From Dehalococcoidia bacterium (GTDB lineage Bacteria > Chloroflexota > Dehalococcoidia > UBA2979): a DNA stretch of 64,000 nucleotides. The stretch's first letter is position 1. Each line of letters begins with the position of its first letter. The stretch covers positions 64,001 through 128,000 of the forward strand of contig CAXXDN010000002.1 in assembly GCA_963667465.2 (NCBI GenBank), given 5' to 3'. Below are positions 46,113 to 56,261 of the stretch, one piece after another. A model generated the notes under the pieces. It was not told where the DNA came from and ran no database searches. It saw only the letters and a list, made by a program, of their open reading frames with translations. A program made the translations under genes and the position numbers.

Positions 46113-46883
46113 GTGGACGTGCTGCTCGAGGTCTCCGGTCTGGTCAAACGCTTCGGTGGCCACGTCGCCGTCGCTGGCGCGGGGTTCGAGGTCGAGCGCG
46201 GTTCGATCACCGGGCTGATTGGCCCGAACGGCGCGGGTAAGACCACCTGCTTCAACTGCATCGCGGGCGCGCTCCGGCCGGACGGCGGCCGGGTGCGCTT
46301 CGCCGGCGAGGACATCACCGGCCTTCCCTCGTATCGCGTGTTCCGCCGCGGCCTGACCCGCACGTTCCAGATCCCGCAGGAGCTGGGCGCGCTCACCGTC
46401 CTCGAGAACCTCATGCTGGTGCCGGAGGGGCAGGCGGGCGAGCGTATCCAGGAGAGCTGGCTGCGGCCCTGGCGCGTCGCCGCGCAGGAGCGCGCGATCG
46501 CCGAGCGTGCACACGAGGTGCTGGCCGAGGTGGACCTCGGTCACGAGGTGCAGAGCCGCGCCGGGAACCTCTCCGGCGGCCAGCGCAAGCTGCTGGAGCT
46601 GGGGCGCGCGCTGATGTCGAGCCCCAGCCTGATCCTGCTCGACGAGCCGAGCGCGGGCGTGAACCCCTCGCTCTCGCTGCGCCTGATCGAACGCATCCGC
46701 GCGCTGCGCGATCGCTTCGGGATCACCTTCCTCGTGATCGCCCACGACATGGACCTGATGCTCCGCCTCTGCGAGCGGCTGATCGCGATGGCCGACGGCA
46801 GGGTGCTCGTCGCCGGCGAGCCGCAAGCCGTGCTGGAGAACGCCGCGGTGCAGTCCGCCTACCTCGGAGCACAGGCGCTGTGA
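46113..46883 (+). CDS. livG: Branched-chain ABC ATP-binding protein
   Basis: GPNGAGKT, 'RTFQ', LSGGQ, 'DEPSAGVNP', 'AYLG'. Confidence 0.88.
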   Translation: MDVLLEVSGLVKRFGGHVAVAGAGFEVERGSITGLIGPNGAGKTTCFNCIAGALRPDGGRVRFAGEDITGLPSYRVFRRGLTRTFQIPQELGALTVLENLMLVPEGQAGERIQESWLRPWRVAAQERAIAERAHEVLAEVDLGHEVQSRAGNLSGGQRKLLELGRALMSSPSLILLDEPSAGVNPSLSLRLIERIRALRDRFGITFLVIAHDMDLMLRLCERLIAMADGRVLVAGEPQAVLENAAVQSAYLGAQAL

Positions 46884-47614
46884 GCGCGCTGCTCGAGGTC
46901 GACGCCGTCCGCGCCGGCTACGGCAGCGTGATGATCGTGCACGACGTCTCGCTGCGCATCGAGCGCGGCGAACTGGTCACGATCATCGGACCGAACGGGG
47001 CGGGCAAGTCCACGCTGCTCAAGGCGATCTTCGGGCTGCTGCCGGTCAGTGAGGGGCAGGTGCGCCTCGCGGGTAGCGAGGTCACGGACGAGCTGCCCTC
47101 GCGCATGGTCGGGCTCGGCGTCTCGTTCGTGCCGCAGACGGAGAACGTCTTCCCGTCGCTGACGATCCGCGAGAACCTCGCGATGGGCGGCTACCAGCGC
47201 AGCGGCGACGTCGCCGATCGCATCACCGAGGTGCTCCGGCTCTTCCCGGAGCTGGCGGAGCGCCCGGGCGCGCGCGCCTCGCACCTCTCGGGCGGGCAGC
47301 GCCAGGCGCTCGCGATTGCGCGGGCACTGATGCTCGACCCGAAGGTGCTGCTGCTCGACGAGCCGACGGCCGCGCTGTCGCCCGTGCGGCGCGGCGAGAT
47401 CTTCGATCGCCTGCAGGGGGTGCGCGAGGGCGGCGTGGCGCTGCTGATGGTCGAGCAGAACGCCCGCGAGGCGCTGGCGATCTCGGACCGTGCCTATCTG
47501 CTCGTCGACGGCCGCAACGCGCACGAGCAGCGCGGCCCCGAGATGCTCGCGAATCCGGAAGTTGGCCGCATGTTCCTCGGCCTCGACAGCGCCGACAGCG
47601 AGGACGGCGCATGA
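46880..47614 (+). CDS. livF: Branched-chain ABC ATP-binding protein
   Basis: GPNGAGKS, 'DEPTAALSP', 'VEQNA'. Confidence 0.88.
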   Translation: MSALLEVDAVRAGYGSVMIVHDVSLRIERGELVTIIGPNGAGKSTLLKAIFGLLPVSEGQVRLAGSEVTDELPSRMVGLGVSFVPQTENVFPSLTIRENLAMGGYQRSGDVADRITEVLRLFPELAERPGARASHLSGGQRQALAIARALMLDPKVLLLDEPTAALSPVRRGEIFDRLQGVREGGVALLMVEQNAREALAISDRAYLLVDGRNAHEQRGPEMLANPEVGRMFLGLDSADSEDGA

Positions 47615-48531
47615 CGGAGATCGCGCAGCTCGTCCTTGTTGGCCTCGTCGTCGGCTCGATCATCGGGCTCGGCGCGATGGGGCTGACGCTCGTCTACGGG
47701 GTCTTCAAGTTCGCGAACTTCGCGCACGCGGACCTGATGACTCTGGGGATGTACCTGGCGTTCTTCGTGTACGTGGACATCGGCCTCGCCGGGGGGCACA
47801 TCGGGCCGTTCTCGTTTGGCTGGGGGATGATCGCGGCGGTGCTGTTCGCCTGGGCGGGGGTCGCGGCCGTCTCCGTGGGCGCGGACCGGTTCGTCTTCCG
47901 GCGGCTGCGTGCGCGCCAGACCGGCCTGCTCAACCTCGAGATCGCCGCGCTCGGCATCGCGATCGCGCTGCAGGCTATCGTGCAGGCGATCTGGGGCTCC
48001 GCGCCGCTGCGCTACCACAACGAGATCCACCAGGCGTGGACCTTCGCCGGCGGCCTGAAGCTCAAGCCCGACCAGTTGCTGTTCATCGTGCTCATGCCGC
48101 TGCTCGCCGTGGCGCTCTACCTGCTGCTGCACCGCACCCGCCTCGGCACGGCGATGCGCGCGACAGCGGACAACGCGCCGCTGGCGGAGGCAAGCGGCAT
48201 CGACACGGAACGGGTGCGAATGGCGACCTGGGTGATCGCCGCGGCGCTGACTGCCGTGGCCGGCGTCATGTTCGCCCTGCAATCGCAGCTGCGCTTCGAC
48301 GCCGGGTTCGAGTTCCTGCTGCTGCCGATGTTCGCGGCCGTCATCCTCGGTGGCATCGGGAACCCCTGGGGCGCGCTCGTGGGTGGGTTGATCGTCGGCG
48401 TCTCGCAGGAGCTCTCGACGGAGTGGATCAACACCGGGTTCAAGCCCGCTGTGCCGTTCGTGCTGCTGATCGCGATGCTGATCGTGCGGCCGCGAGGGCT
48501 CTTCGGCTCGTCGATCGGAGGGACGGGCTGA
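47611..48531 (+). CDS. livH: Branched-chain ABC permease
   Basis: 'GLTLVYG...NFAH', 'AVILGGIG'. Confidence 0.88.
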   Translation: MTEIAQLVLVGLVVGSIIGLGAMGLTLVYGVFKFANFAHADLMTLGMYLAFFVYVDIGLAGGHIGPFSFGWGMIAAVLFAWAGVAAVSVGADRFVFRRLRARQTGLLNLEIAALGIAIALQAIVQAIWGSAPLRYHNEIHQAWTFAGGLKLKPDQLLFIVLMPLLAVALYLLLHRTRLGTAMRATADNAPLAEASGIDTERVRMATWVIAAALTAVAGVMFALQSQLRFDAGFEFLLLPMFAAVILGGIGNPWGALVGGLIVGVSQELSTEWINTGFKPAVPFVLLIAMLIVRPRGLFGSSIGGTG

Positions 48532-49640
48532 TGCTGTCGCTCGAGGTGTTGACGCCGTTCGCGGGGGAGCTGCCGCTGCTGGTTACCTTCGGCGGAGGCG
48601 TGAACTGGACGGTCGGTTTCCTCACGACGGCGGCGATCTTCGCGATCGTCGCGCTCGCTCTGAACGTGCAGTGGGGCTACGCGGGAACGACCAACTTCGG
48701 CGTCGTCGCCTTCTTCGGCATCGGCGCCTATGTCAGCGCGCTGCTCACGCTCGACCCGCCTGGCCAGTTCGAGAACTACGTTGGCGGCCTGGAGCTGCCC
48801 GTCCCCGTCGGCTGGATCGGCGGGATGATCGCCGGAGGCGTGCTGGCGCTGCTGGTCGGCCTCCCGACGCTGCGGTTGCGCGACGACTTCCTCGCGATCG
48901 CCACCATCGGCATCGCGACCATCCTGCGCAGCATCGCCAACACGCAGGAAGGCCTCGTCAACCGCGCGCGCGGCCTCAACGGCATCCCCCGCCCCCTCGA
49001 GGGCGCGTCGAGGGAGCTGAGCATCGACTACGACCTCGTGCTGCTCGTGATGACCGGGCTGGTGCTGCTGGCGGTCTTCCTCGTCGTGCGCGGCGCGACC
49101 GCCTCGCCGTGGGGCCGCGTCCTGCGTGCGATCCGGGAGAACGAGGCCACCGCGCAGTCGGTCGGCAAGATGACCACCAGCTACCGCATCCAGAGCTTCG
49201 TGCTCGGCGGCGCGCTGATGGGCCTCGCGGGCGCGATCTGGGCGCACCGCATCGGCACGATCGCACCCGACTCGTTCGACAACCTGACGACGTTCCTCGT
49301 CTGGACGATGGTGATGGTGGGCGGCAGCGGCAACAACCGCGGCGTCATGCTCGGTGCGTTGGTGGTCGGCTTCGTCTGGTTTGGGCTGCCGCTCATCCAG
49401 GAGGAGCTGCCCGACGCTCTGGGGAGTCGCGTCTTCATGCTGCGGCGGATCGCGATCGGGCTGCTGATCGTCGGCTTCATCCTCGCGCGCCCGCAGGGGC
49501 TGATCGCCGAGGAGCCGCGCGTAAGCCGCTTCGCGCCGCGCGGCGAGGGCGGAGGCGGGGGCGGGGGAGACAGCGGCCGGTCATGGCTCGGCGCGCTGCG
49601 GACGCGCTTCCGCGGGCAGCCCGGCGGGGGTGCGGGGTAG
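48531..49640 (+). CDS. livM: Branched-chain ABC permease
   Basis: 'LNVQWGYAG', 'LRLRDDFLAIAT', 'SPWGRVLRAIRENE'; TGATG coupling. Confidence 0.88.
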   Translation: MLSLEVLTPFAGELPLLVTFGGGVNWTVGFLTTAAIFAIVALALNVQWGYAGTTNFGVVAFFGIGAYVSALLTLDPPGQFENYVGGLELPVPVGWIGGMIAGGVLALLVGLPTLRLRDDFLAIATIGIATILRSIANTQEGLVNRARGLNGIPRPLEGASRELSIDYDLVLLVMTGLVLLAVFLVVRGATASPWGRVLRAIRENEATAQSVGKMTTSYRIQSFVLGGALMGLAGAIWAHRIGTIAPDSFDNLTTFLVWTMVMVGGSGNNRGVMLGALVVGFVWFGLPLIQEELPDALGSRVFMLRRIAIGLLIVGFILARPQGLIAEEPRVSRFAPRGEGGGGGGGDSGRSWLGALRTRFRGQPGGGAG

Positions 49641-49726
49641 CGCCGCCGCGGCGGCCGCGGCGGTCGCGGACGTGAAGCGGGCGGCCCAACGGCCGCCCGC
49701 TTGCTGCTGCTTCCGGCTACTCCGGC

Positions 49727-50968
49727 CTACTCGAGGCTGAACGGCTGGATCTCGATCGTGACGAGTGCGCCATCGCGGTAGCCGTAGATCTCCATGAAGC
49801 CGGAGGTCACGTCTCCCGCGGCGTTCCAGTCGATCGGCGTCGCGGCGCCCTCGTAGTTGATGTCGTCGCCGTCCCGCACGGCTTCGAGCGCGGCCTGCAC
49901 GCCCGCCGCGTCGGCGACATACGCATCACCCGGAGCTCCGGCGACGCGCACCAGCTCGTCGCGGATCGCCTCGCCGTCGGTCGAGCCCGCCGCCTCGGCG
50001 GCAAGGGCGATCGCGATCACGGCGTCATAGGCCTCGCGCACGAACGGCAGCGAGGGCTCCGCCCCGTACTCGGCGACGTAGGCAGCGGTCCAGGCCTTGG
50101 TCGAGGCGTTGTCCGGGTTGCTGCTCGGCGCCGTGCCGACGACGCCCTCGAGGGCGTCCGCACCGAGTTGCTCGATCAGGTCCTCGCTCTTGTTGCCATC
50201 GGTGAAGATGAAGCGCGTAAAGATGTCGTTCTCGATCGACTCGCGGAGGAAGACCTCGGTCTCCGCGAAGCCCATCGCCACCAGCACCTCGGCGCCACCG
50301 CCGGCGGCCTGCTGCAGCTCTGCCAGGTAGCTTGGCTGCCCGTCGGCCGAGTACGAGGCGAGGGTCGTCGTGCCGCCGAAGTTCGCGCTGAAGACCTCGG
50401 AGAGGCCCTGGCCCCAGGCGTCGTCGCGGAAGATCACGCCGACGTTCGTGTGGCCTTCGCTCTCCACCAGCTTGGCGAGCACCACGCCCTGCACCGCGTC
50501 CGACCCGGTGGTGCGGAAGAGGTAGCCGTCATCGTCGGCGTCCGTGAGCGCGGGCGAGGTCGCCGAGGGCGAGATCTGCGGGATGCCGCCCGGTCCGGTG
50601 ACGCTGTCCGCCACCGCGAGCGTCGCCGTACTGGCGAGCGGCCCGACGATCGCGTGTACGCCCTCGACGTCGACGAGGCGGCGAGCCTCCTCGACGGACT
50701 GGGTCGGGTCGACACGTGTGTCGCCGGTCACATAGACGACGTCCTGGCCGTTGACGCCGCCGCCCTCGTTGATGTGCTTGATCGCCAGCTGCACGCCGGT
50801 CTCGATGTCCGCGCCGTACTCGGCGAGCGGACCGGAGAAGTCGGCCAGATAGCCGATCTTCAGTTGCTCGCCCTCGTCCTCGCACGCGGCGGCGCCCAGC
50901 GTTAGTAGAGCGATCAGTGCAATCAGTAGCGAGAATCGCCCCGGCGCGCTGGTCCAGAATCGTCTCAT
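49727..50968 (-). CDS. Branched-chain type ABC substrate-binding lipoprotein (paralog of 42001)
   Basis: Lipobox AAAC; long shared blocks ('VEEARRLVDVEGV', 'FLRESIENDIFT'). Confidence 0.9.
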   Translation of the reverse strand: MRRFWTSAPGRFSLLIALIALLTLGAAACEDEGEQLKIGYLADFSGPLAEYGADIETGVQLAIKHINEGGGVNGQDVVYVTGDTRVDPTQSVEEARRLVDVEGVHAIVGPLASTATLAVADSVTGPGGIPQISPSATSPALTDADDDGYLFRTTGSDAVQGVVLAKLVESEGHTNVGVIFRDDAWGQGLSEVFSANFGGTTTLASYSADGQPSYLAELQQAAGGGAEVLVAMGFAETEVFLRESIENDIFTRFIFTDGNKSEDLIEQLGADALEGVVGTAPSSNPDNASTKAWTAAYVAEYGAEPSLPFVREAYDAVIAIALAAEAAGSTDGEAIRDELVRVAGAPGDAYVADAAGVQAALEAVRDGDDINYEGAATPIDWNAAGDVTSGFMEIYGYRDGALVTIEIQPFSLE

Positions 50969-51102
50969 GGCATCCCCCTCATATTGCCTGCCGATGGCTG
51001 TATCGGGCGACATTATCGCAAACCCCCGGGACTTGGCACCAAGGCGCAGGTCCCGTGAGGCCCGAAACGGCACGTCCTTGGCAGCAGCCCGCTCCCTCAT
51101 CG

Positions 51103-52128
51103 TCACCCGGCGAACGCGAGGTCCATCCAGCGGTGTTCGATGCCGGCATCGAGGAACAGCCCGCCTCGAGCGACATAACCGAGGCGCGCGTAGAAGGGCA
51201 GCGCGTGCTCCTGGGCGGCGAGCGTGATGCCGCCGTGGCCGCGCCGTCGCGCTTCCTCGTGCAGCGCCTCCATGACCTGCTCGCCGTAGTGCCGCCCTCG
51301 CAGCTCGGCGAGGACGGCGACGCGGCCGATGTGCGGGTAGCCGTGCGGCGGCTCGCCCGCCTGGTCCAGCAGCAGCCGCGCCGTCGCCACGGGCCGCCCG
51401 TCGAGGCGGCCGAGGACATGCACGACGCGCTCGCTCCTCCCGGGGGAAGCAGGGTCGGCGTCGTAGTCGTCGATCTCCTCGTCCTCCGGGACCTGCTGCT
51501 CCTCGATGAAGACCGCGCGGCGGACCGTGATCGCCTCCGCGAGCTGCTCCGCCGTCTCGATCGTGAGAACGCGGAAGCCGGGGGCGACGAGACGTTCGAA
51601 TTCCTCGGCGGGCTGGAGCAGCAGTTGCACCTCGACGGTGTCGAGCCAGCGGCCGTGCTTGTAGCCGGTCTCGCGCTCGAACCCCACCTCCTCGAAGCCG
51701 AACTCGCGCGCGAGGGCGCGGCTGGCCTCGTTGCCCGCCTCGATCCAGCCGACGAGCGCATGCAGGTTGCGCGCCCGCGCCCGCTCGATCAGCTCAACGA
51801 GCAGGCGCCGTGCGACACCCCGGCGATGGAACGCCGGATCGACGTAGATGCTGCACTCGCGCGTGAAGCGGTACCCGGACTTGCCGCGGTAGGGTGAGAG
51901 GTAGGCGAATCCGGCGACCGAGTGCGGCCCGACGGCGACGATCAGCACCTCGTCGCGGTGCTGCTCGTACCACTCGCGCCGCCGCGCGCTGCTCCAGGGC
52001 CACTCGTCCCAGTTCGCGAGGCCCTCGCTGATCTCGCGGTTGAGGATGCGCTGGATCGCCGGCAGGTCGTCCGCGCGCGCGTCACGGATCAGTACGTCGG
52101 GCGGGCCAGCGTCCGCCGTCTCAGTCAC
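51103..52128 (-). CDS. Tandem GNAT fusion (phosphinothricin/MSX acetyltransferase-like plus ElaA/YjcF-like)
   Basis: 'SIYVDP...GYKHGRWLD' followed by 'RRAVFIEEQ...IGRVAV...FLDAGIEH'. Confidence 0.85.
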   Translation of the reverse strand: MTETADAGPPDVLIRDARADDLPAIQRILNREISEGLANWDEWPWSSARRREWYEQHRDEVLIVAVGPHSVAGFAYLSPYRGKSGYRFTRECSIYVDPAFHRRGVARRLLVELIERARARNLHALVGWIEAGNEASRALAREFGFEEVGFERETGYKHGRWLDTVEVQLLLQPAEEFERLVAPGFRVLTIETAEQLAEAITVRRAVFIEEQQVPEDEEIDDYDADPASPGRSERVVHVLGRLDGRPVATARLLLDQAGEPPHGYPHIGRVAVLAELRGRHYGEQVMEALHEEARRRGHGGITLAAQEHALPFYARLGYVARGGLFLDAGIEHRWMDLAFAG

Positions 52129-52516
52129 CGCTCGCTCCACCGCCGCGGAGGCGATCGAGCAGCGCCTCGAGGTCAACGTCGGGGGCGATCGGGACGACGA
52201 TGCTGCGGCGCGGCGACTCCACGGTCCGCGAGACGTGCCCGTGGCCGGTCAGGTCCTCGGCGAGCATCGCGTCGCCGGCGCCGAGGCGGCGCGTCTCGCC
52301 GCCGGCGATCTCGATCTCGAGCGCGCCACTGGTGGTGATCACGAACTGCCGCCGCGAGGCGTTGTGCCAGCCCGGGTCGTGCTCCTCCGGCGCCTCCCGG
52401 AAGTCGAGCGTATCGACGGGAAACGCCATCGAGAGTCCGCCCGCGATGGGGATCTCGAGGTCCTCGAAGTGGGACTCGCCGTCGTCGCCGCTGTAGAGCC
52501 GGACCACGCGCACCAT
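52121..52516 (-). CDS. Cupin-like protein
   Basis: 'RLYSGDDGESHFED', 'WHNASRRQFV', 'AEDLTGHGH'. Confidence 0.8.
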   Translation of the reverse strand: MVRVVRLYSGDDGESHFEDLEIPIAGGLSMAFPVDTLDFREAPEEHDPGWHNASRRQFVITTSGALEIEIAGGETRRLGAGDAMLAEDLTGHGHVSRTVESPRRSIVVPIAPDVDLEALLDRLRGGGASGD

Positions 52517-53550
52517 CAGGCGCTCCATTCCGCGGGCTGGGCCCGCCTCAGCTCGGGGAGCAGTTCGTCGGAGATCAGCCGCATGCTCGCGAGCGAGTCC
52601 TCGGCGGGCAGGCCGGCCCAGTGCGTGCGGATGATCAGCTCGGTCACCCCCAGCTCCTCCCAGAGCGGCCGCAGCTGCTCGTAGCACTCCTCGGGAGACC
52701 CGAGCACGAAGCGATCCGAGAGCAGATCCTCGAACGGGGCGCTGAACTGTTCCTCGCCGGGCATCACCTCGTCCTGGCCCCAGCGCGAGTAGTCGGCGTA
52801 CTTGCCTCCGAGGGCGGGACCGGCCAGCCGCAGGGCCGTCGCGCGGTCCGGCGCGCAGAAGACCTCGCGCATCGCCGGCAGTGCGGCTGGCGCTCCGAGT
52901 CCGGCTGCGGCGCGCTCCTCGCGGTAGAGCGCGAGCTGGCGGCGCACGGTCTCGAGGGTGGCGTGCGGGTTGACGAACCAGGCGTCGCCGAGGCGCGCGG
53001 CCCGTCGGACGGCGGCGTCGCTGTTGGCCGCGATCCAGATCGGCGGGTGCGGCTGCTGCACAGGGCGCAGGTTCATGCGCACGCCGTCCAGCCTCGTGAC
53101 CTCGCTCTCGTGGCTGACAGAGTCCTCGGTCCACAAGCGCTTGACCAGCGCGAGCGTCTCCTCGAAGCGCGCGACGCGCTGGCCTCGAGGCACGCGGAAG
53201 GCGTCGAACTCGACATCGCGATAGCCAAGGCCGATGCCGAAGACGAAGCGGCCGCCGCTGATCACGTCGAGCGTCGCGACGGTCTCGGCAACGTAGACGG
53301 GGTTGTGGAGGTTGAGCAGCAGGATGCCGAGGCCGACCGTCATCTCGCCGGCCTCGGCCTGCAAGCGGGCGAGGAAGGGCACGAGCTGGAGGCCCTGGTT
53401 GTCGCCCTCGTTGAGGTAGTGCTGGCCGCTGAACAGCGAGTCCCAGCCGGCGTCGCGCGCCAGCCGCACCATCGCCGCCTGCTCCTGGAAGGCGGCGACC
53501 ATGTCCGTTTCGAGGTGCTGCTGGCTGGTCAGGAAGAGCCCGACGCGCAT
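52516..53550 (-). CDS. LLM class flavin-dependent oxidoreductase
   Basis: 'GQHY', 'AETVATLDVISGGRFVFGIGLGYR', 'PVQQPHPPIWIA'. Confidence 0.9.
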   Translation of the reverse strand: MRVGLFLTSQQHLETDMVAAFQEQAAMVRLARDAGWDSLFSGQHYLNEGDNQGLQLVPFLARLQAEAGEMTVGLGILLLNLHNPVYVAETVATLDVISGGRFVFGIGLGYRDVEFDAFRVPRGQRVARFEETLALVKRLWTEDSVSHESEVTRLDGVRMNLRPVQQPHPPIWIAANSDAAVRRAARLGDAWFVNPHATLETVRRQLALYREERAAAGLGAPAALPAMREVFCAPDRATALRLAGPALGGKYADYSRWGQDEVMPGEEQFSAPFEDLLSDRFVLGSPEECYEQLRPLWEELGVTELIIRTHWAGLPAEDSLASMRLISDELLPELRRAQPAEWSA

Positions 53551-53587
53551 CGTGCCTCCAGTCGCGCGGCGATCAGGCGAGGCCGCT

Positions 53588-53989
53588 TCAGCTCATGTAC
53601 ACGTGCTGCACGGCGACGCCCAGCCCCGAGGCCCGCGAGAGCCGCCCGTCGGTGGTCAGCAGGGGCAGCGCGAGGGCGTCGGCGACGGCCACGTAGAAGG
53701 CATCATAGGCGCTGACGTTGTGGCGATGCTGCCAGGCGGAGCGCGCGAACTCAGCGTGCGGGAGGCGCTCGACCGGCCACAGCTCGAGGTCGTCGATCGC
53801 CATCAGCGCGCGCGCCTCGTCGAGGCGCCCGTGCAGGACGGCCTTGCGCAGCACCGATACCACCTCGACATCGATCAGCTCGGGCGCAGCAAGGGGAGCG
53901 CTCGCCATGGTGTCGGCGAGCGCGAGTCCGAGCGGGGTCTTCAGGAGGTACTCGACGGCGACCGAGGCGTCGACGACGTATCCGCTCAC
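53588..53989 (-). CDS. vapC: VapC/PIN domain toxin
   Basis: 'VVDASVAV', 'YDAFYVAVA', 'LLTTDGRL'. Confidence 0.9.
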   Translation of the reverse strand: MSGYVVDASVAVEYLLKTPLGLALADTMASAPLAAPELIDVEVVSVLRKAVLHGRLDEARALMAIDDLELWPVERLPHAEFARSAWQHRHNVSAYDAFYVAVADALALPLLTTDGRLSRASGLGVAVQHVYMS

Positions 53990-54219
53990 CCAAGCTCCGT
54001 CTCGCGTTCGGAGCGCTCTGCGACGAGCAGGTCGGCAGCAGCGATGCCGAGATAGGTCGTCGGGCGCTGCGCCAGGCGGCGGTGCCACTCCGCCCTCGCC
54101 AGCTCGCGCTCGACGGCGTTGAGCACGGCGGCGCTGAGCGTGATCTGCTGTTCGCGCGCGTGGAGGCGCAGACGTTCGTGGAGTGAGTCGGGTACGTTCT
54201 TCACCTGCAGGTTCGCCAT
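53986..54219 (-). CDS. Ribbon-helix-helix (FitA/Arc-like) antitoxin
   Basis: 'MANLQVKNVPDSLHERLR'; overlaps vapC start; AGCATGC-N5-GCATGCT palindrome at 54231-54249. Confidence 0.85.
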   Translation of the reverse strand: MANLQVKNVPDSLHERLRLHAREQQITLSAAVLNAVERELARAEWHRRLAQRPTTYLGIAAADLLVAERSERETELG

Positions 54220-54265
54220 GTCATGATACTAGCATGCGCGAAGCATGCTCACAACACCCCAGCAG

Positions 54266-54853
54266 CTACCCCGCAGGCGCCGGGCCGTAAACCGTGAACC
54301 CGTCCGCCGTGTCCTCGAAGCGCGCGTCCGCGGGGTACGTCAGCACCGTGCGCATCATCATCGCGTCCCCGGCCGAGCCACCCACGCTCAGGATGACGGC
54401 GAGGAAGGCCGCGCCCTCGATGAGGCTGCCCGACGGCGCTACGGCAATCACCGCCAGCAGCACGACGGTCAATCCCACCAGCGGCGCGAGGCCGGCCACG
54501 AGGTAGCCGCTTCTCCTGAGGTACGAACCGGGAGCCGCTGCGTACAGGACCGGGCCGAACCGCGCGGTCCACTTCGCGCCGAACTTCGGCCGCGCGCCGA
54601 GTGCGAGGAAGGCGACGGCGTGTGCTGCCTCGTGCAGGGCGAGCCCGCACACCAGCCCGAGGACCAGGCTCCCGAGGTCGAGGCTGATCGAGGAGACGCC
54701 CGACGCCAGGTAGTTGATCGCGATTGCGACGTTCGCCGTCAGGACCATCGCGACCAGGGAGAGCACGAAGAGCAGCAAGATCACCCGGCGCCGCACCTGG
54801 CCGAGGTCCCAGCGGCCGATCTCCTCGTAGCCCTGCGGCAGGCGCGCCTCCAC
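54266..54853 (-). CDS. DUF3267-like membrane zincin peptidase
   Basis: 'LHEAAH' HExxH motif, TM helices, 'GSAGD'. Confidence 0.8.
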   Translation of the reverse strand: MEARLPQGYEEIGRWDLGQVRRRVILLLFVLSLVAMVLTANVAIAINYLASGVSSISLDLGSLVLGLVCGLALHEAAHAVAFLALGARPKFGAKWTARFGPVLYAAAPGSYLRRSGYLVAGLAPLVGLTVVLLAVIAVAPSGSLIEGAAFLAVILSVGGSAGDAMMMRTVLTYPADARFEDTADGFTVYGPAPAG

Positions 54854-54875
54854 CTCGCCGGACCCGCTCGTCCGG

Positions 54876-56261
54876 CTACCCGGCCACCGCCGCGTGCGCG
54901 CCCTCGGCTACCGTCGCCGTCAGGTCGGAGACGCCGGCGACGCTGTCGAGGTCGGCGCAGAGCGCATAGAGGCGGTCCGTGGCCTCGCTGCTGATCACGC
55001 GCGTGCAGCAGTCCTCGAACTTCGTGCGGAAGTCAGCCTCCGGGATCGGCGAGCGCGCGCCGCCCGTGCCGATTGCCTCCTCGACGCGCCAGTCGTGCCT
55101 CGCGCCGTCGCGGGTCGCGATCTCGACGCGCACCGCGAGGCGCTCGTCGGACTCGCGCGGGACGCCCGGCTCGATGCTCACGCCGGGCATCAGCGCCTGC
55201 ACGGCGGCGTCGGTCGCCGCGCTGTCCTCGAAGTGGGTGAGCCGCAGCGCGCCGTCGTGTACGGCGCGGGCGACGCAGTACTGGACCGAGAACTTGCCCT
55301 CGAGGCCGGTCCGCACCTCCGGGCGGTCGATGTGCGGGATGCGGCTCGGGTGGGCGAGCACGCGCACGGAGACGACGTCCTCGGGGGCGATGTTCCTGGC
55401 CGAAACGAGCGCGCGCACGGCGTCGATCGGCGCGTGCGTGCTGCCGCAGCAGGGGTACGGCTTCACGCCGACGCCCGGCTCGACCACGGAGAGCGGATCG
55501 GCCCACTCCCCAAGCACGCGCGAGGCGTCGTACGTTCCCGCGCCGTTGTAGACCTCGAAGAAGCCCATCTCGTGCTCGAAGGCGGCGTCACCGGCGGTGA
55601 AGCCCTCGCGTGCGAGCTGCGCGGCGAAGGCACCGTTGCGCGAGGCGTGCCCGACGTGCAGTGGCTTGGTCATCGTCCCGAAGTTGGCCTTCAGCCCGCT
55701 TGCGAACGAGGCGGCGATCGCGAGCGCGGTTGCCGTCTCCTCCTCGCTCAGCCCGAGGATCTTCGCAGAGGCGGCGGCGGCCCCGAAGACGCCGAGCGTG
55801 GCGGTGGGGTGCCAGCCCTTGTCGTAGTGGTGGAAGTTGACGGCAAGGCCGATCTTGCACTCCGTCTCGAAGCCCGCGACGTAGGCGAGCAGCAGCTCGC
55901 TTCCGCTCGCCCCGTAGGCCTCGCCGAGGGCGAGCAGGGCGGGCACGAGTGGCGCCGAGGGGTGCCCGCCGAGTACGTCGTTCACGTCGTCGAAGTCGAG
56001 CGCGTGCGCCGCGACGCCATTGACGAGCGCGGCGCTGAGCGGCCCGCTGCGGCGGCCGAGGCCGAGCAGCAGGCACGGCCCCTCCTCGCGGTCGGCGCCC
56101 ACGGCGGCCATCGCCAGCCGCGGCGCGGCCTCCTGCGAGCCGGCGATCGCGCAGGCGATCGCGTCGGCGATGCCGAGCTGGGCCCAGCTCACCGCCTCGC
56201 CGTCGAGGTCGGTGCGGTCGAGCGCCGAGATGGCGGCTGCGAGGTCGCGTGCGAGGGTCAT
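54876..56261 (-). CDS. MmgE/PrpD family protein
   Basis: 'AHALDFDD', 'GHPS', 'GWHPT', 'GTMTKPLH', 'KPYPCC'. Confidence 0.93.
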   Translation of the reverse strand: MTLARDLAAAISALDRTDLDGEAVSWAQLGIADAIACAIAGSQEAAPRLAMAAVGADREEGPCLLLGLGRRSGPLSAALVNGVAAHALDFDDVNDVLGGHPSAPLVPALLALGEAYGASGSELLLAYVAGFETECKIGLAVNFHHYDKGWHPTATLGVFGAAAASAKILGLSEEETATALAIAASFASGLKANFGTMTKPLHVGHASRNGAFAAQLAREGFTAGDAAFEHEMGFFEVYNGAGTYDASRVLGEWADPLSVVEPGVGVKPYPCCGSTHAPIDAVRALVSARNIAPEDVVSVRVLAHPSRIPHIDRPEVRTGLEGKFSVQYCVARAVHDGALRLTHFEDSAATDAAVQALMPGVSIEPGVPRESDERLAVRVEIATRDGARHDWRVEEAIGTGGARSPIPEADFRTKFEDCCTRVISSEATDRLYALCADLDSVAGVSDLTATVAEGAHAAVAG

